Assembly: GCA_013204395.1 (NCBI GenBank)
Contig: JABMNZ010000014.1
Location: 1 to 58,618 of the forward strand
Direction: 5' to 3'
DNA length: 58,618 bases
Origin: Parcubacteria group bacterium
Lineage (GTDB): Bacteria; Patescibacteriota; Patescibacteriia; UBA9934; GWF2-40-263
Shown: piece after piece, positions 46,031-56,522 of the stretch
How positions within the stretch are numbered: position 1 is the stretch's first letter
How the letters are laid out: each line of letters opens with the position of its first letter
The notes under the pieces: generated by a model
The model's input: only the letters and a program-made list of their open reading frames with translations
The model's database searches: none
Told to the model about the DNA's origin: nothing
Program-made: the position numbers and the translations under genes

Positions 46031-47680
46031 ATGAACAAGGTAAATGTTGATCTTCTAAAGGAGAAGCTACCAGAGCGCCCGCGCCGCCAAAAGCGAACGC
46101 CGGTTCTTTTTTTTGGCCGTGGACTCGTGATTCTTTTGGTAATTGCCGCTACGGCAGGAAGTGTATTCTCCTACCATGTGACTTCTACCTCAGACAGTAG
46201 TGGAGGATTCCCATCAATCTCCCTGTTTTCCACAATCAAGCAACTTGTTTCTTCAGATGACCGCAGTCTTGCTGGCGAAGAAGACGACCGTGTTAACTTT
46301 TTGCTTATGGGCATTGGTGGAGAAGGACACAGTGGCCCACAGCTTACCGATACGATCATTTTTACAAGCTACAAACCATCAGACGGTTCGATTGGAATGA
46401 TGTCCCTTCCTCGCGACATGACCGTTCCAATTCCTGGCTATGGGTACAGAAAAGTTAACCATGCTAACGCCTACGGCGAAATGGACGAACCTGGAGCAGG
46501 GCCAGCATTGGCCACACAGGTCATTGGAGATGTTCTTGATGAGGATATTCAATATTATCTGCGTGTTGACTTTGATGGGTTTGCAGAATTTATCGATGCA
46601 CTTAATGGGATAGACGTATACGTTGAAAATACTTTTACAGATCAAGACTATCCAAGCCACGGAATGGAATTTGATAACTGTGGCTACAACGACCCAGTAG
46701 AAGATGAGGTATACGCAGACGCAACCACGGTTGTGGAGATAGCAGAAATTTTAGATGTACCCGAAGAAGAAAAAGGGATTTTGGAAGAGGCTATGGAGGA
46801 AGATAATCAGCCGGTCGTTATCGATTATTCTTGTCGATACGAGTCCATTACTTTTTATGAAGGCTGGACTCACATGGACGGAGACACCGCACTGAAGTTT
46901 GTGCGATCACGTCATGGTAACAACGGTGAAGGTTCTGACTTTGCTCGTTCAGAACGCCAACAAAAAGTTATCCTGGCAGTAAAAGACAAGGTCCTGTCTG
47001 CCTCAACTTTTTTAAACCCAACAAGAATTTCAAAACTTATGGAGGCGATGAAGTCTAACATCGCAACCAACCTAGATGTATGGGAGATCGTTGCTCTTGC
47101 CAAAGAGCTGAAACACCTGACTTCTGAATCAATCGTCCACCATGTCATCGACGCATCTGAAAGTTCCCCTCTTTATGCGACCGTCCTCAATGGAGCTTAT
47201 GTATTGCTTCCACGAAATGATGACTGGTCTCCGCTACAAAATATTGCTAAGAACATATTCACTCCCGACGAAGAACTCTCTCCACAATACGCGGATGCCC
47301 CAGAAGACAAACCAAAGTTCGTGCGAGTAGAAATACAGAACGGAACAAACATGACAGGACTCGCATTTAGAACAAGCCAACTTTTAGATGGACAGGGTTT
47401 TGACGTGACATCGATCGGCAATGCTGCTTCGCGGAACTATGAGCACACCGTGATCTATGACCTCACAAATGGACAACGCTCCGAAGAACTGAAAGCTTTA
47501 CGAGACTTTTTAAAAGCAGATGTAACACTCAGTGCAACTGGCTGGATGATCTCCAGCGATATAGTCCCCAAAGAACTCGCCTTTTCAGATGAAGACTACG
47601 AGAGCTTGGCCACTCAGGAAAACCTGGACTTTTTGATCATTTTAGGAGAGAGTGCCTCCGGATTAGCCCTCTTAGACTAA
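46031..47680 (+). CDS. LCP (LytR-CpsA-Psr) family protein with LytR_C domain
   Basis: TM helix; LTDTII, SLPRD, ALKFVRSR, SDFARSERQQ; VEIQNGT...GLA. Contains an acidic insertion. Confidence 0.92.
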   Translation: MNKVNVDLLKEKLPERPRRQKRTPVLFFGRGLVILLVIAATAGSVFSYHVTSTSDSSGGFPSISLFSTIKQLVSSDDRSLAGEEDDRVNFLLMGIGGEGHSGPQLTDTIIFTSYKPSDGSIGMMSLPRDMTVPIPGYGYRKVNHANAYGEMDEPGAGPALATQVIGDVLDEDIQYYLRVDFDGFAEFIDALNGIDVYVENTFTDQDYPSHGMEFDNCGYNDPVEDEVYADATTVVEIAEILDVPEEEKGILEEAMEEDNQPVVIDYSCRYESITFYEGWTHMDGDTALKFVRSRHGNNGEGSDFARSERQQKVILAVKDKVLSASTFLNPTRISKLMEAMKSNIATNLDVWEIVALAKELKHLTSESIVHHVIDASESSPLYATVLNGAYVLLPRNDDWSPLQNIAKNIFTPDEELSPQYADAPEDKPKFVRVEIQNGTNMTGLAFRTSQLLDGQGFDVTSIGNAASRNYEHTVIYDLTNGQRSEELKALRDFLKADVTLSATGWMISSDIVPKELAFSDEDYESLATQENLDFLIILGESASGLALLD

Positions 47681-47681
47681 T

Positions 47682-49040
47682 ATGTCAATCCCAACAATAG
47701 CCCTCATAGGGCGCACAAACGTTGGAAAATCAACTATTTTTAACCGCCTTTTGGAACAACAAAAGGCGCTTGTTTCTGATATTGCCGGGACAACTCGTGA
47801 CCGAAATGAAGGAAACTGCCTTTGGAGAGGTCGTATTGTTCGCCTCGTTGATACAGGAGGCTTGGACGTAAATATAAAGGATGAAGTTGAGTTAAACATC
47901 AAGAAACAGGCAGAACTTGCCATTAAACTCGCGGATTTAATCTTGTTTGTTGTGGACTTAAAAGCTGGCCCACTACCACAAGAACATGAACTAGCAGAAT
48001 ATTGTAATCTCTCTAGAAAGCCGGTAATCGTTGTTGGAAACAAGGCTGAGAAACACTCTGAACGCTTAAGTGTTCATGAGAAAGAATGGCAGTTCCCTGG
48101 GCTCCCTGAGCCAATAGCAATTTCCGCAGCTCGAGGAACAGGTCTGGGTGATCTACTTGATGTTATCTATGACAAACTAGACGAGATTGGAAAGCCTGCC
48201 GTTGAACCAGAAGAAGAGCGTGGAACAAAGGTTGCTGTCATCGGTAAACCAAACGTTGGAAAATCAACTCTTCTAAACTCAATCATAGGTGAAGACAGGT
48301 TCATCACATCTCCAATAGCCCACACAACTCGCGAACCAAACGACACCTTGATTGTCCATCGAGACAAGCGATACATTTTTATTGACACCGCTGGGATGCG
48401 TAAGAAGGGTAAGGTTCGTAAAAGTGGCGGACTTGAAGCGGCAGCTGTGCGTAGAAACGAATGGATTATCCGTTACGCGGACGTTACAATTTTAGTTATT
48501 GATGCCACTGAACCAATTGGAACTCAAGAGAAAACCCTCGCTGGCATTCTAAAAGATTCTGGTTCTTCTGTTATAATTGTTGTAAACAAATGGGATCTCG
48601 TAAAAGAAAAGGATGTTGGAACCATGAATGAGTACCGAGATTACATCAGTGCTTCCCTTCCATTTATTAAGTGGGCTCCTGTGATGTTTGTCAGCGCACT
48701 GACGGGGCAGCGAGTGAAAACACTTTTCGATCAGATAGATGTTTTAGCTGAGCGTCGTGTCACCGAAATTAATCCAAATGCCCTTGGTGAGTTTTTGCAG
48801 AAAGCACAAATCAAGCATAAACCTTCTTTGGGTAAAGGTCCTAAGGCACCAAAACTTCTTGGTCTTAAACAGGTGAGTACTGCTCCACCCGTCTTTGATC
48901 TAATGATAAAATCTCGTCGAGCTGATACCCTTCACCCTAGTTACACGCGATATTTAGAGAATCGTCTTCGTGAAGAATTTAATCTTGAAGGTGTTCCAGT
49001 AAGAATCAAGGTTCTCTTAGCACGATCTGTGGCAAACTAA
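47682..49040 (+). CDS. der: Ribosome biogenesis GTPase Der
   Basis: Two G domains (GRTNVGKS/DTGG/NKAE and GKPNVGKS/DTAG/NKWD) plus a KH-like C-terminus. Confidence 0.96.
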   Translation: MSIPTIALIGRTNVGKSTIFNRLLEQQKALVSDIAGTTRDRNEGNCLWRGRIVRLVDTGGLDVNIKDEVELNIKKQAELAIKLADLILFVVDLKAGPLPQEHELAEYCNLSRKPVIVVGNKAEKHSERLSVHEKEWQFPGLPEPIAISAARGTGLGDLLDVIYDKLDEIGKPAVEPEEERGTKVAVIGKPNVGKSTLLNSIIGEDRFITSPIAHTTREPNDTLIVHRDKRYIFIDTAGMRKKGKVRKSGGLEAAAVRRNEWIIRYADVTILVIDATEPIGTQEKTLAGILKDSGSSVIIVVNKWDLVKEKDVGTMNEYRDYISASLPFIKWAPVMFVSALTGQRVKTLFDQIDVLAERRVTEINPNALGEFLQKAQIKHKPSLGKGPKAPKLLGLKQVSTAPPVFDLMIKSRRADTLHPSYTRYLENRLREEFNLEGVPVRIKVLLARSVAN

Positions 49041-49065
49041 GAGCAAGAGTCACTAACACCTTTCT

Positions 49066-49593
49066 ATGAAAACGTTCATTGGCTTAGGAAATCCAGGAAA
49101 AGAGTATGAGCTCACTCGTCACAACGTGGGCTTTTTAGTTCTCGATGAATTAGCCCAGAGACTTGAAGTAGCGTTCAAACCAAAACGTTCGGTCGAAGCA
49201 CTATTGGCAGAAGGGCAACTGGGAGATCAACGAATTCTGCTTGCAAAACCACAAACATTCATGAATATTTCAGGCCGATCACTTTTAGCCATCATGAACA
49301 AGTATCCCGTGACCATTGAAGACGTTACGATCATTTATGATGACGCTGACCTTGCCTTTGGAGATGTGCGAATAAAGACAGGCGGAGGTGCCGCAGGACA
49401 TCGTGGAATGGATTCCGTCCTCTCCTCCTTACCAAAAGGAACAAACGTGCATCGCATACGTGTCGGGATTGGAAGACCCTCACATACAGACACCCCACTA
49501 GACCAGTTTGTTCTCCAATCATTCTCTAAAGACGAGCAAGAAGCTCTCCCACAGATTATCGATCAAGTGATTGAAAGAATCTATGCAAGTTGA
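49066..49593 (+). CDS. pth: Peptidyl-tRNA hydrolase
   Basis: GLGNPG, TRHNVGF, KPQTFMN, GHRG, RVGIGRP. Confidence 0.96.
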   Translation: MKTFIGLGNPGKEYELTRHNVGFLVLDELAQRLEVAFKPKRSVEALLAEGQLGDQRILLAKPQTFMNISGRSLLAIMNKYPVTIEDVTIIYDDADLAFGDVRIKTGGGAAGHRGMDSVLSSLPKGTNVHRIRVGIGRPSHTDTPLDQFVLQSFSKDEQEALPQIIDQVIERIYAS

Positions 49594-50659
49594 CCTTCCC
49601 TACTGGGTTGCTCTCACACATTTTGGTCCATTCGGTGCTGTGCGAATGGCAAGACTCGCGCGTCGCTTCCCTGACATGCAACGAGCATTTGAAGCATCTG
49701 CAAGCCAACTGATCGAATCTGGCATAGAACCAAAAATCACTAGTCGCTTTCTCCAAGAACGCATCCACATAAATCCAGATGCCCTCATGCGAGAATTGGA
49801 ACTCCATGGAATACAAGCCCTCACGGTCCAAGATGAGGTTTACCCTTCCCTCTTAAAACAAATTTACGACCCACCGGCGGTACTCTACATTCGTGGAGAA
49901 TTACCTGACCCCGAACGTCGTCACATCGCCGTCGTTGGATCGCGTAAAGCGACAAGTTATGGCCTACGTGTCACAGAAGACCTCACGGGAGATCTTGCTC
50001 GCGAAGGAGTCGTAATTGTCAGTGGACTTGCCTACGGTGTAGACGCAGCGGCACACGATGCAGCTCTGCAAGCTGGGGGCATCACCTTAGCCGTACTAGG
50101 CTCCGGAATAGACAATCAAAGTATTTATCCCTCACAAAATCGTGCCCTTGCCTCACGGATCATTTCGCAAGGCGGAGCTCTCATTTCGGAATTTCCCGTT
50201 GGCACCCCACCATTAAAGCACCACTTTCCTTTTAGAAACCGAGTCATCGCAGGGATGTGTCACGGAACACTTGTCACACAAGCGGCACTGAAATCTGGGT
50301 CACTCATTACGGCCCGCGCTGCATTAGAAAGTAATCGAGATGTGTACGCTGTGCCAGGATCGATTCACGAACCGCTCTCAGAAGGACCAAACAACCTGAT
50401 AAAGCTAGGAGCAACACCAACCACCTGTTCAGCCGATATCATAGGTATTGAACCGGCCAAGCCATCGCAACCCCCCTACGAACCCGCAAATATCCAAGAA
50501 AGAAATCTCATAGACAAACTCAGTAAAACCCCCACACATTTAGATGAACTTGTCCGTGCATTAAACATCCCAACACCTAAAGTAAACAGTCTTCTTTCCC
50601 TTCTGGAGATTAAAAATGCCATTCGACATGAAGGGGCTGGCTACTACACTAGAAGATAA
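49583..50659 (+). CDS. dprA: DNA-processing protein DprA
   Basis: IYDPP, AVVGSR, IVSGLAYGVD, FPFRNRVIAG, SGSLITA; C-terminal winged helix. Confidence 0.96.
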   Translation: MQVDLPYWVALTHFGPFGAVRMARLARRFPDMQRAFEASASQLIESGIEPKITSRFLQERIHINPDALMRELELHGIQALTVQDEVYPSLLKQIYDPPAVLYIRGELPDPERRHIAVVGSRKATSYGLRVTEDLTGDLAREGVVIVSGLAYGVDAAAHDAALQAGGITLAVLGSGIDNQSIYPSQNRALASRIISQGGALISEFPVGTPPLKHHFPFRNRVIAGMCHGTLVTQAALKSGSLITARAALESNRDVYAVPGSIHEPLSEGPNNLIKLGATPTTCSADIIGIEPAKPSQPPYEPANIQERNLIDKLSKTPTHLDELVRALNIPTPKVNSLLSLLEIKNAIRHEGAGYYTRR

Positions 50660-50703
50660 CTCGACTTGACGCTTTTTTCTTGAGCCGCTACTAATACTGT
50701 CAC

Positions 50704-53043
50704 ATGCATAAACTACTCATTGTCGAGTCACCGACAAAAGCAAAAACAATTTCAAAGTATTTGGGCAATGATTACACTGTTCTCTCGTCTTTTGGTCATA
50801 TTCGCGATTTACCAAAAAGTAAGATTGGAGTTGACGTTGAGAATCATTTTGAACCAACCTATACCATTCCCACACGTTCAAAGAAGGCGGTTACGGCCCT
50901 AAAAAAAGCTGCCAAGGAAGCGGATGAGATTTATCTCGCGACGGATGAAGACCGCGAAGGAGAAGCTATTGCCTGGCATGTGGCTGAGGTATTAAAACTA
51001 GATCCTGAAAAAACAAAGCGGATCACGTTTCATGAAATTACAAAAGCGGCCGTAGACGAAGCGGTGGCGCATCCTCGAACCCTTGATCTGAATCTCATAC
51101 ACGCGCAGCAAGCCAGACGCATACTGGATCGCTTGGTTGGGTATAAGCTCTCGCCATTTCTTTGGGAGAAAGTGCGACGTGGCCTCTCCGCAGGTCGTGT
51201 GCAATCAGTAGCCATGCGTTTAATTGTTGAAAGAGAGCGCGAGCGCAGAGCGTTTAAAGTAGATGAATTCTGGACCATCGACGGGATCTTTGAAAAAGAA
51301 GGCGCCAGCTTCCCGGCCAAACTCAAGTCCATCAACGAACAGAAATTAGAAAAGTTGGGTATCCCCACTGAAGCTGATGCAATGAAGATCGTAAATGATC
51401 TTGAAGGTGAACAAATGACCGTGGGGAACGTTGAAAAAAAGCTCGTGAAGAAAGCTCCTCCAACCCCCTACAGCACATCAACTCTTCAAATTGATTCAAA
51501 CAACAAACTTGGATTCAGCGCAAAACAAACCATGCGCTTGGCACAACAACTCTACGAGACGGGACGTATTACTTACATGCGTACGGACTCACTTACCATG
51601 GCAGAAAAATTTTTAACTGAAGCTCAGGATTTTATTTCAAAAAGCTTTGGCGAGAAGTATGTAGAGGGACCAAAGCGCTACAAAACAAAAAAGAAAGGTG
51701 CCCAGGAAGCCCATGAAGCCATTCGTCCAACAGATGTAACGATTACTCCAGACTCAATTCAAACGGGACTTGAACCACAAGCTCTGAAGCTCTATGACCT
51801 AATCTGGCGTCGCACAGTCGCCTCTCAACTGCCTTCCGCACAACTGAATCGTACTGGTGTGGATCTCACAGCAAAAGAATACGTGTTCCGTGCTAACGGC
51901 AGCACGATAGCTTTTGATGGCTTCATGAAAGTTTACCAAAGTGCTCAAGAAAAAATCCTCCCTATTCTTACTGAAGGTGAAAACGTACAAACAGAATCCA
52001 TAGTCCCAGTCCAACATTTTACCGAGCCGCCCGCCCGTTATTCTGATGCTACGCTCGTAAAAGTCATGGAAGAACATGGAATTGGAAGACCTTCAACCTA
52101 TGCCCCAACCATCGGCACCATCATTGACCGTGGGTATGCAGAGCGTGACGATAACAAAAAACTTTACCCACAAGACATCGCCCTGATTGTCACAGACTTA
52201 CTTGTAGATCACTTTAATCAGATCGTAGACTACGAGTTCACCGCGACCATGGAACGCACATTGGATGAGATCGCAGAAGGAACCGTTAGGTGGGTCCCAA
52301 CGCTCGAGGCATTTTACGGTCCATTCATTAAAAATCTAGAAATCAAAACCAAAGAACTTTCCCGAGAAGACATCATGCCCGACCGCGTTCTTGGAAAAGA
52401 TGAGCAGACTGGGCTCCCAATCATCGTAAAATCTGGTCGCTTTGGTGGATTCGTCCAGGTTGGAGAATATAATAAAGAAGATAAAGACGCTGGGAAAGAG
52501 AAACCAAAAAGTGCCTCTTTACTAAAGGGTATGAACATTGAAAGTGTCACCTTTGAACAAGCTCTCAAGTGCCTTTCTTTTCCACGAGACTTAGGTGTCA
52601 CAGAAGAAGGTGAACAAATTCTTGCCGCTCAAGGACGATTTGGTCCATACCTGAGGGCAGGAGAAGTAACAGCATCTATCAAGGACCCCTATGACCCAGC
52701 TGAAATAGATGAGGCTCAAGCACGAGTGGTCTTGAAGGAAGCTGCGGAGATGAAGAAAAAAATGGCCACACCAATCGCTGAATTTGGAGAGGATCCAACC
52801 ACTAAGGGTGAGATACTTATGAAGCATGGTCGATTCGGGCCATACATTACCGATGGTGAAACGAATGCTTCATTAGGTAAAACTCGCGAACCGGCAGACA
52901 TAACCAGAGAAGTTGCCATTGAAATGCTTGTGACAAAACGAGCCAAAGGACCTGGTCGCGGAGCAAAGAAGAAAGTCGTAAAAAAAGCAGTCAAGAAAAA
53001 AGCTAAAAAAAAGAAGGTCACTAAAAAAAAGGTGACAAAGTAG
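50704..53043 (+). CDS. topA: DNA topoisomerase I
   Basis: IVESPTKA, ATDEDREGE, SAGRVQS, ITYMRTD, AHEAIRPT; C-terminal GRFGPY repeats and a Lys-rich tail. Confidence 0.97.
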   Translation: MHKLLIVESPTKAKTISKYLGNDYTVLSSFGHIRDLPKSKIGVDVENHFEPTYTIPTRSKKAVTALKKAAKEADEIYLATDEDREGEAIAWHVAEVLKLDPEKTKRITFHEITKAAVDEAVAHPRTLDLNLIHAQQARRILDRLVGYKLSPFLWEKVRRGLSAGRVQSVAMRLIVERERERRAFKVDEFWTIDGIFEKEGASFPAKLKSINEQKLEKLGIPTEADAMKIVNDLEGEQMTVGNVEKKLVKKAPPTPYSTSTLQIDSNNKLGFSAKQTMRLAQQLYETGRITYMRTDSLTMAEKFLTEAQDFISKSFGEKYVEGPKRYKTKKKGAQEAHEAIRPTDVTITPDSIQTGLEPQALKLYDLIWRRTVASQLPSAQLNRTGVDLTAKEYVFRANGSTIAFDGFMKVYQSAQEKILPILTEGENVQTESIVPVQHFTEPPARYSDATLVKVMEEHGIGRPSTYAPTIGTIIDRGYAERDDNKKLYPQDIALIVTDLLVDHFNQIVDYEFTATMERTLDEIAEGTVRWVPTLEAFYGPFIKNLEIKTKELSREDIMPDRVLGKDEQTGLPIIVKSGRFGGFVQVGEYNKEDKDAGKEKPKSASLLKGMNIESVTFEQALKCLSFPRDLGVTEEGEQILAAQGRFGPYLRAGEVTASIKDPYDPAEIDEAQARVVLKEAAEMKKKMATPIAEFGEDPTTKGEILMKHGRFGPYITDGETNASLGKTREPADITREVAIEMLVTKRAKGPGRGAKKKVVKKAVKKKAKKKKVTKKKVTK

Positions 53044-53065
53044 AAAGAGACAGAGAAAACTGAAG

Positions 53066-53107
53066 AATAATAAAACTGGATCCCGCTAAGGGATCCAGTT
53101 TTATTAT
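53066..53107. terminator. Bidirectional terminator
   Basis: ataataaaactggatccc-gctaa-gggatccagttttattat. Confidence 0.85.
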
Positions 53108-53982
53108 GCAGCCGCTGCTACTGGTGCAGCAGGTGCGGCTGGCTCATCATCTTCTCTATCTAAATTTTGATGCTCTTCTGGAAATTCATCGATCAGGAAT
53201 GCGCCAGCCTCCTCTCCAAACCGTTTCTTAATCTTATCTTCACGCTTTGCTTTCTTTTCTTTTGCACTCAAGTCTTTGTACCACTTTACCTCATCTTTGA
53301 TCATTTGATCATAGACCTTCTTTGCAAGTTTCTTCCTTTCTTCTTTGTTCTTTTTTAACTGTGCCCCAAGCCTCTCTTTAAATCCTGTTTTATCTTTTAA
53401 CCAATCGATTCCTTTTACAAGTGTAGGGACACCAAAAAAAGGCTTGCCTTTATTAATCTTTGCACTCTGTCGAAGCATCCAGTCGCCAAGCTTGTCTAGT
53501 CCCCAGCCCGTTCGATCAAGAACACGGACGGCCGTGCGTCCCGCTAACTTGGTCGCACTCCAACCAATCCTTCCCGTTGTATCAAGAGCAGCAGCACCTA
53601 CACCTCGTGCACCGCTAGATCCTTCCCAACCTGCTTTTCCAAGTTGTTGCATTCTTTCAAGTTTTGAAACGTTGCCATCAAGTGGATTCAGCTCATCGAG
53701 CTCACCAGCTTCAACAACCACAGGCTCCCCATCTGGAGCTGGTGGAGCATCATCTGGTGATGGTGGCTCTGAATCAGGAGACGTTGGAGTATCAGCGTCA
53801 AGACGTGCGGCTATGGCTTCCGCCGCCTCTGCCGCCGCCTCCAAATCGCCAGGTGATGCCTTGCCTGCATCTGGACTACGATCTCGCGACATAACCAACG
53901 GTGGTGGCAAAACTGAATCTGATTTTGATTTTGGCTTACCAGGCTCAGAACCTACTTTTTTGTCCTTGTTGTCGTCTGGCAT
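53104..53982 (-). CDS. Hypothetical protein (disordered Pro/Asp-rich N-terminus, Lys-rich coiled C-terminus)
   Basis: Protein-like ORF ending at the shared terminator. Start set at ATG 53982 to avoid overlap with rel. Confidence 0.65.
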   Translation of the reverse strand: MPDDNKDKKVGSEPGKPKSKSDSVLPPPLVMSRDRSPDAGKASPGDLEAAAEAAEAIAARLDADTPTSPDSEPPSPDDAPPAPDGEPVVVEAGELDELNPLDGNVSKLERMQQLGKAGWEGSSGARGVGAAALDTTGRIGWSATKLAGRTAVRVLDRTGWGLDKLGDWMLRQSAKINKGKPFFGVPTLVKGIDWLKDKTGFKERLGAQLKKNKEERKKLAKKVYDQMIKDEVKWYKDLSAKEKKAKREDKIKKRFGEEAGAFLIDEFPEEHQNLDREDDEPAAPAAPVAAAA

Positions 53983-54114
53983 ATCAGAGCGTCTTGGTCT
54001 ATGTTTATCGCGCATATTTACACAATTAATTGCTCTAAAAATAGCACAAAAACACCTAATTGTCAATGGCTCATTCTCTTTACACCGACCCATTTCCACA
54101 GTATTGTTAAGAGT

Positions 54115-55614
54115 ATGCAAGATATTGTGCGCACATACGACGAACTAGAACGTCTCGTGCAAGATACTTACAGTGTGCCAGATGTCGAAACACTTCGGCG
54201 TGCTTTTGAAATGGCTAGTAAAGCCCATGCGGGAGAGAAACGCCTAACAGGACATGAGTTTATCAGTCACCCAATCGCCGTAGCCTACCGACTAGCTGAA
54301 ATGGGACTTCACATGAACGTTGTTGTGGCCGGACTCTTGCACGATGTTGTTGAAGACACAGACATTACCGTTGAAACGGTTGAAAAACATTTTGGAAGCG
54401 ACATCGCCTCATTGGTAGATAGTGTCACAAAGCTAAAGCACACCATTAAATACCGTGGGGCAGATCGATACGCAGAAAACATGCGCAAGATGTTTCTAGC
54501 CATGGCCAGCGATGTGCGAGTGGTCTTCATGAAATTTGCTGACCGCCTTCATAACCTGTCTACTCTTTATGGAATGCCAAAGCATAAACAAGAACGCATT
54601 GCACGTGAAAGCATGGAGATCTACGCTCCTATCGCTGGCCGTCTCGGAATGAGTGAATTTAAGGGTGAACTTGAGGACGGATCATTTGCCTACCTTCAAC
54701 CCAAAGAATACGAGAGAATGAAGAATATCATGGACATTAAGGTCCGTGAAAAAGGGGCCTATGCCAGTCGTATCATCGACCAGATAGAAAAGTTCTTAGC
54801 CCAAACAAACATTTCAGATTTCCAAGTTCATGGACGAGTTAAACGCCTATACTCACTTCACAAAAAACTTAATCGTTACCAAGGTGACCTAAGTAAAATT
54901 TACGACCTCATTGCCGTGCGTATAATTGTAAGTGACGTAGAAGAATGCTACATGGCCCTTGGCTTACTGCATCAAAATTGGCGCCCGGTACCTGGCCGTA
55001 TCAAGGATTACATTGCCCAACCAAAACCCAACGGCTATCAATCGCTGCACACAACCGTGTTTACAGAAAATGGGGAAATAGTTGAATTTCAAATTCGAAC
55101 CACAGAAATGCATGAGCTCGCTGAATATGGCGTGGCCGCTCATTGGCGCTATAAAGAGGGTTCGCATAAGCCGGTAAAAAATACTCGTTGGATGGAGGAG
55201 CTCGCCCAAATTCAAAAAGAACTCCAGAGCAAAAAAGACTTCATGGAGCAACTAGAGGTGATGAAAATAGATGTTTTTAGAGATCGAATCTTCGTCTTTA
55301 CCCCCCAAGGCGATGTGATTGATCTCCCAGAAGGTGGCACCCCTATAGACTTCGCTTATGCCATTCACTCTGAAGTTGGCAACAAATGCACAGCCGCACG
55401 AATAAACGAAATCATGCGTAACTTGGACACGACGCTTAAGTCAGGTGACATTGTAGAAATCGTCACAGACAAGAACCGCCGTGGACCAAATCCTGACTGG
55501 CTGAAGTTCGTCAAAACACGTCACGCAAGAAACAAAATCAAAGACGCCACCCGTAACACTGTTAAGGGTTGGTTTGCGGAGGTTCTCAAAGGAAGAGAGA
55601 AAGCGAAAAAATAA
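54115..55614 (+). CDS. rel: RelA/SpoT homologue (HD + synthetase + TGS; no ACT domain)
   Basis: LLHDVVED, DRLHN, RIKDYIAQPKPNGYQSLHT, EFQIRT, AAHWRYK, IDFAYAIHSEVG. Confidence 0.93.
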   Translation: MQDIVRTYDELERLVQDTYSVPDVETLRRAFEMASKAHAGEKRLTGHEFISHPIAVAYRLAEMGLHMNVVVAGLLHDVVEDTDITVETVEKHFGSDIASLVDSVTKLKHTIKYRGADRYAENMRKMFLAMASDVRVVFMKFADRLHNLSTLYGMPKHKQERIARESMEIYAPIAGRLGMSEFKGELEDGSFAYLQPKEYERMKNIMDIKVREKGAYASRIIDQIEKFLAQTNISDFQVHGRVKRLYSLHKKLNRYQGDLSKIYDLIAVRIIVSDVEECYMALGLLHQNWRPVPGRIKDYIAQPKPNGYQSLHTTVFTENGEIVEFQIRTTEMHELAEYGVAAHWRYKEGSHKPVKNTRWMEELAQIQKELQSKKDFMEQLEVMKIDVFRDRIFVFTPQGDVIDLPEGGTPIDFAYAIHSEVGNKCTAARINEIMRNLDTTLKSGDIVEIVTDKNRRGPNPDWLKFVKTRHARNKIKDATRNTVKGWFAEVLKGREKAKK

Positions 55615-55639
55615 ACACGACTCATCGCGAGTCGTGTTT
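55613..55639. terminator. Bidirectional terminator
   Basis: aaacacgactc-atcgc-gagtcgtgttt between convergent rel and parB. Confidence 0.75.
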
Positions 55640-55651
55640 GATTTTGTGAGT

Positions 55652-56509
55652 TTATCCTATCAATCGATCTAGCAGTTCTAGTAGCTCCTCTCGTGAGTAG
55701 AAACTTATAGAAATATTTCCCTTTCCTGATTGTTCTTTGATATCCACCTTGGTGCCAAGAATCTCTCGAAGTTTTTTCTCGTGCGCGAGAATGTTTGGAT
55801 CCTTTCTTGATACCCCGTGCTGTTTTTTTGTTCCCGTGTTACTTGCACGTGCCTCAGCCTCTCGGACGGTCATACCCCCGTCTAACATGGCCATGAATAT
55901 ATCGTATCGCTTTTTCTCATCTGACTCTGCTAAAAGTGTGCGTGCATGCGTCTTCATGATCTTTCCATCTCTTAGTGCCAGCAACATCTCTTCTTCAAGA
56001 TCTAATAATCGAATAATATTCGCCACAGCCGATCGACTCTTCCCGACTCTCTTCGCTGTTTGCTCCTGTGTAAGATTAAACTCGTCCACCAAAGCCTTGT
56101 AAGCAATCGCCTCCTCAACGGCATTAAGGTCTTGGCGCTGGATATTTTCGATAAGAGCCAGCTCGAGCTTTAACTGATCATCTGCCTCACGCACGATAAC
56201 AGGCACGGTGGCCAGCCCTAACGTCTGTGAAGCGCGCAAACGTCTCTCACCAGCAATAAGCTCGTACTCTCCGTTACTGCGCGTTACAACCAATGGCTGA
56301 AGAATGCCATGCTCCTTTATTGATCCAATAAGGTCTTCAAGGTCACTGGCAGAAAAATGAGTCCTTGGCTGCCGAGGATTCTGTTTGATCTCACCTGGCG
56401 CCACTTCTAAAACTATTGTGGCAGCCGAAGGAATTACCTGCTCAGTTAATGTTTGTTTGTGTGGGATCAAGGAGCCTAGCCCTCGTCCCAAAGCTGATTT
56501 TCGACTCAT
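55652..56509 (-). CDS. parB: Chromosome partitioning protein ParB
   Basis: LGRGL, QPRTHF, GILQPLVV, AGERRLRA, ENIQRQDL, HTH. Confidence 0.96.
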   Translation of the reverse strand: MSRKSALGRGLGSLIPHKQTLTEQVIPSAATIVLEVAPGEIKQNPRQPRTHFSASDLEDLIGSIKEHGILQPLVVTRSNGEYELIAGERRLRASQTLGLATVPVIVREADDQLKLELALIENIQRQDLNAVEEAIAYKALVDEFNLTQEQTAKRVGKSRSAVANIIRLLDLEEEMLLALRDGKIMKTHARTLLAESDEKKRYDIFMAMLDGGMTVREAEARASNTGTKKQHGVSRKDPNILAHEKKLREILGTKVDIKEQSGKGNISISFYSREELLELLDRLIG

Positions 56510-56522
56510 AGCTCAATCTTGT

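Noticed and set aside
53345-54148. 267-aa plus-strand ORF
   Set aside because: Ser/Pro-rich antisense shadow of the minus-strand protein; overlaps the rel start.
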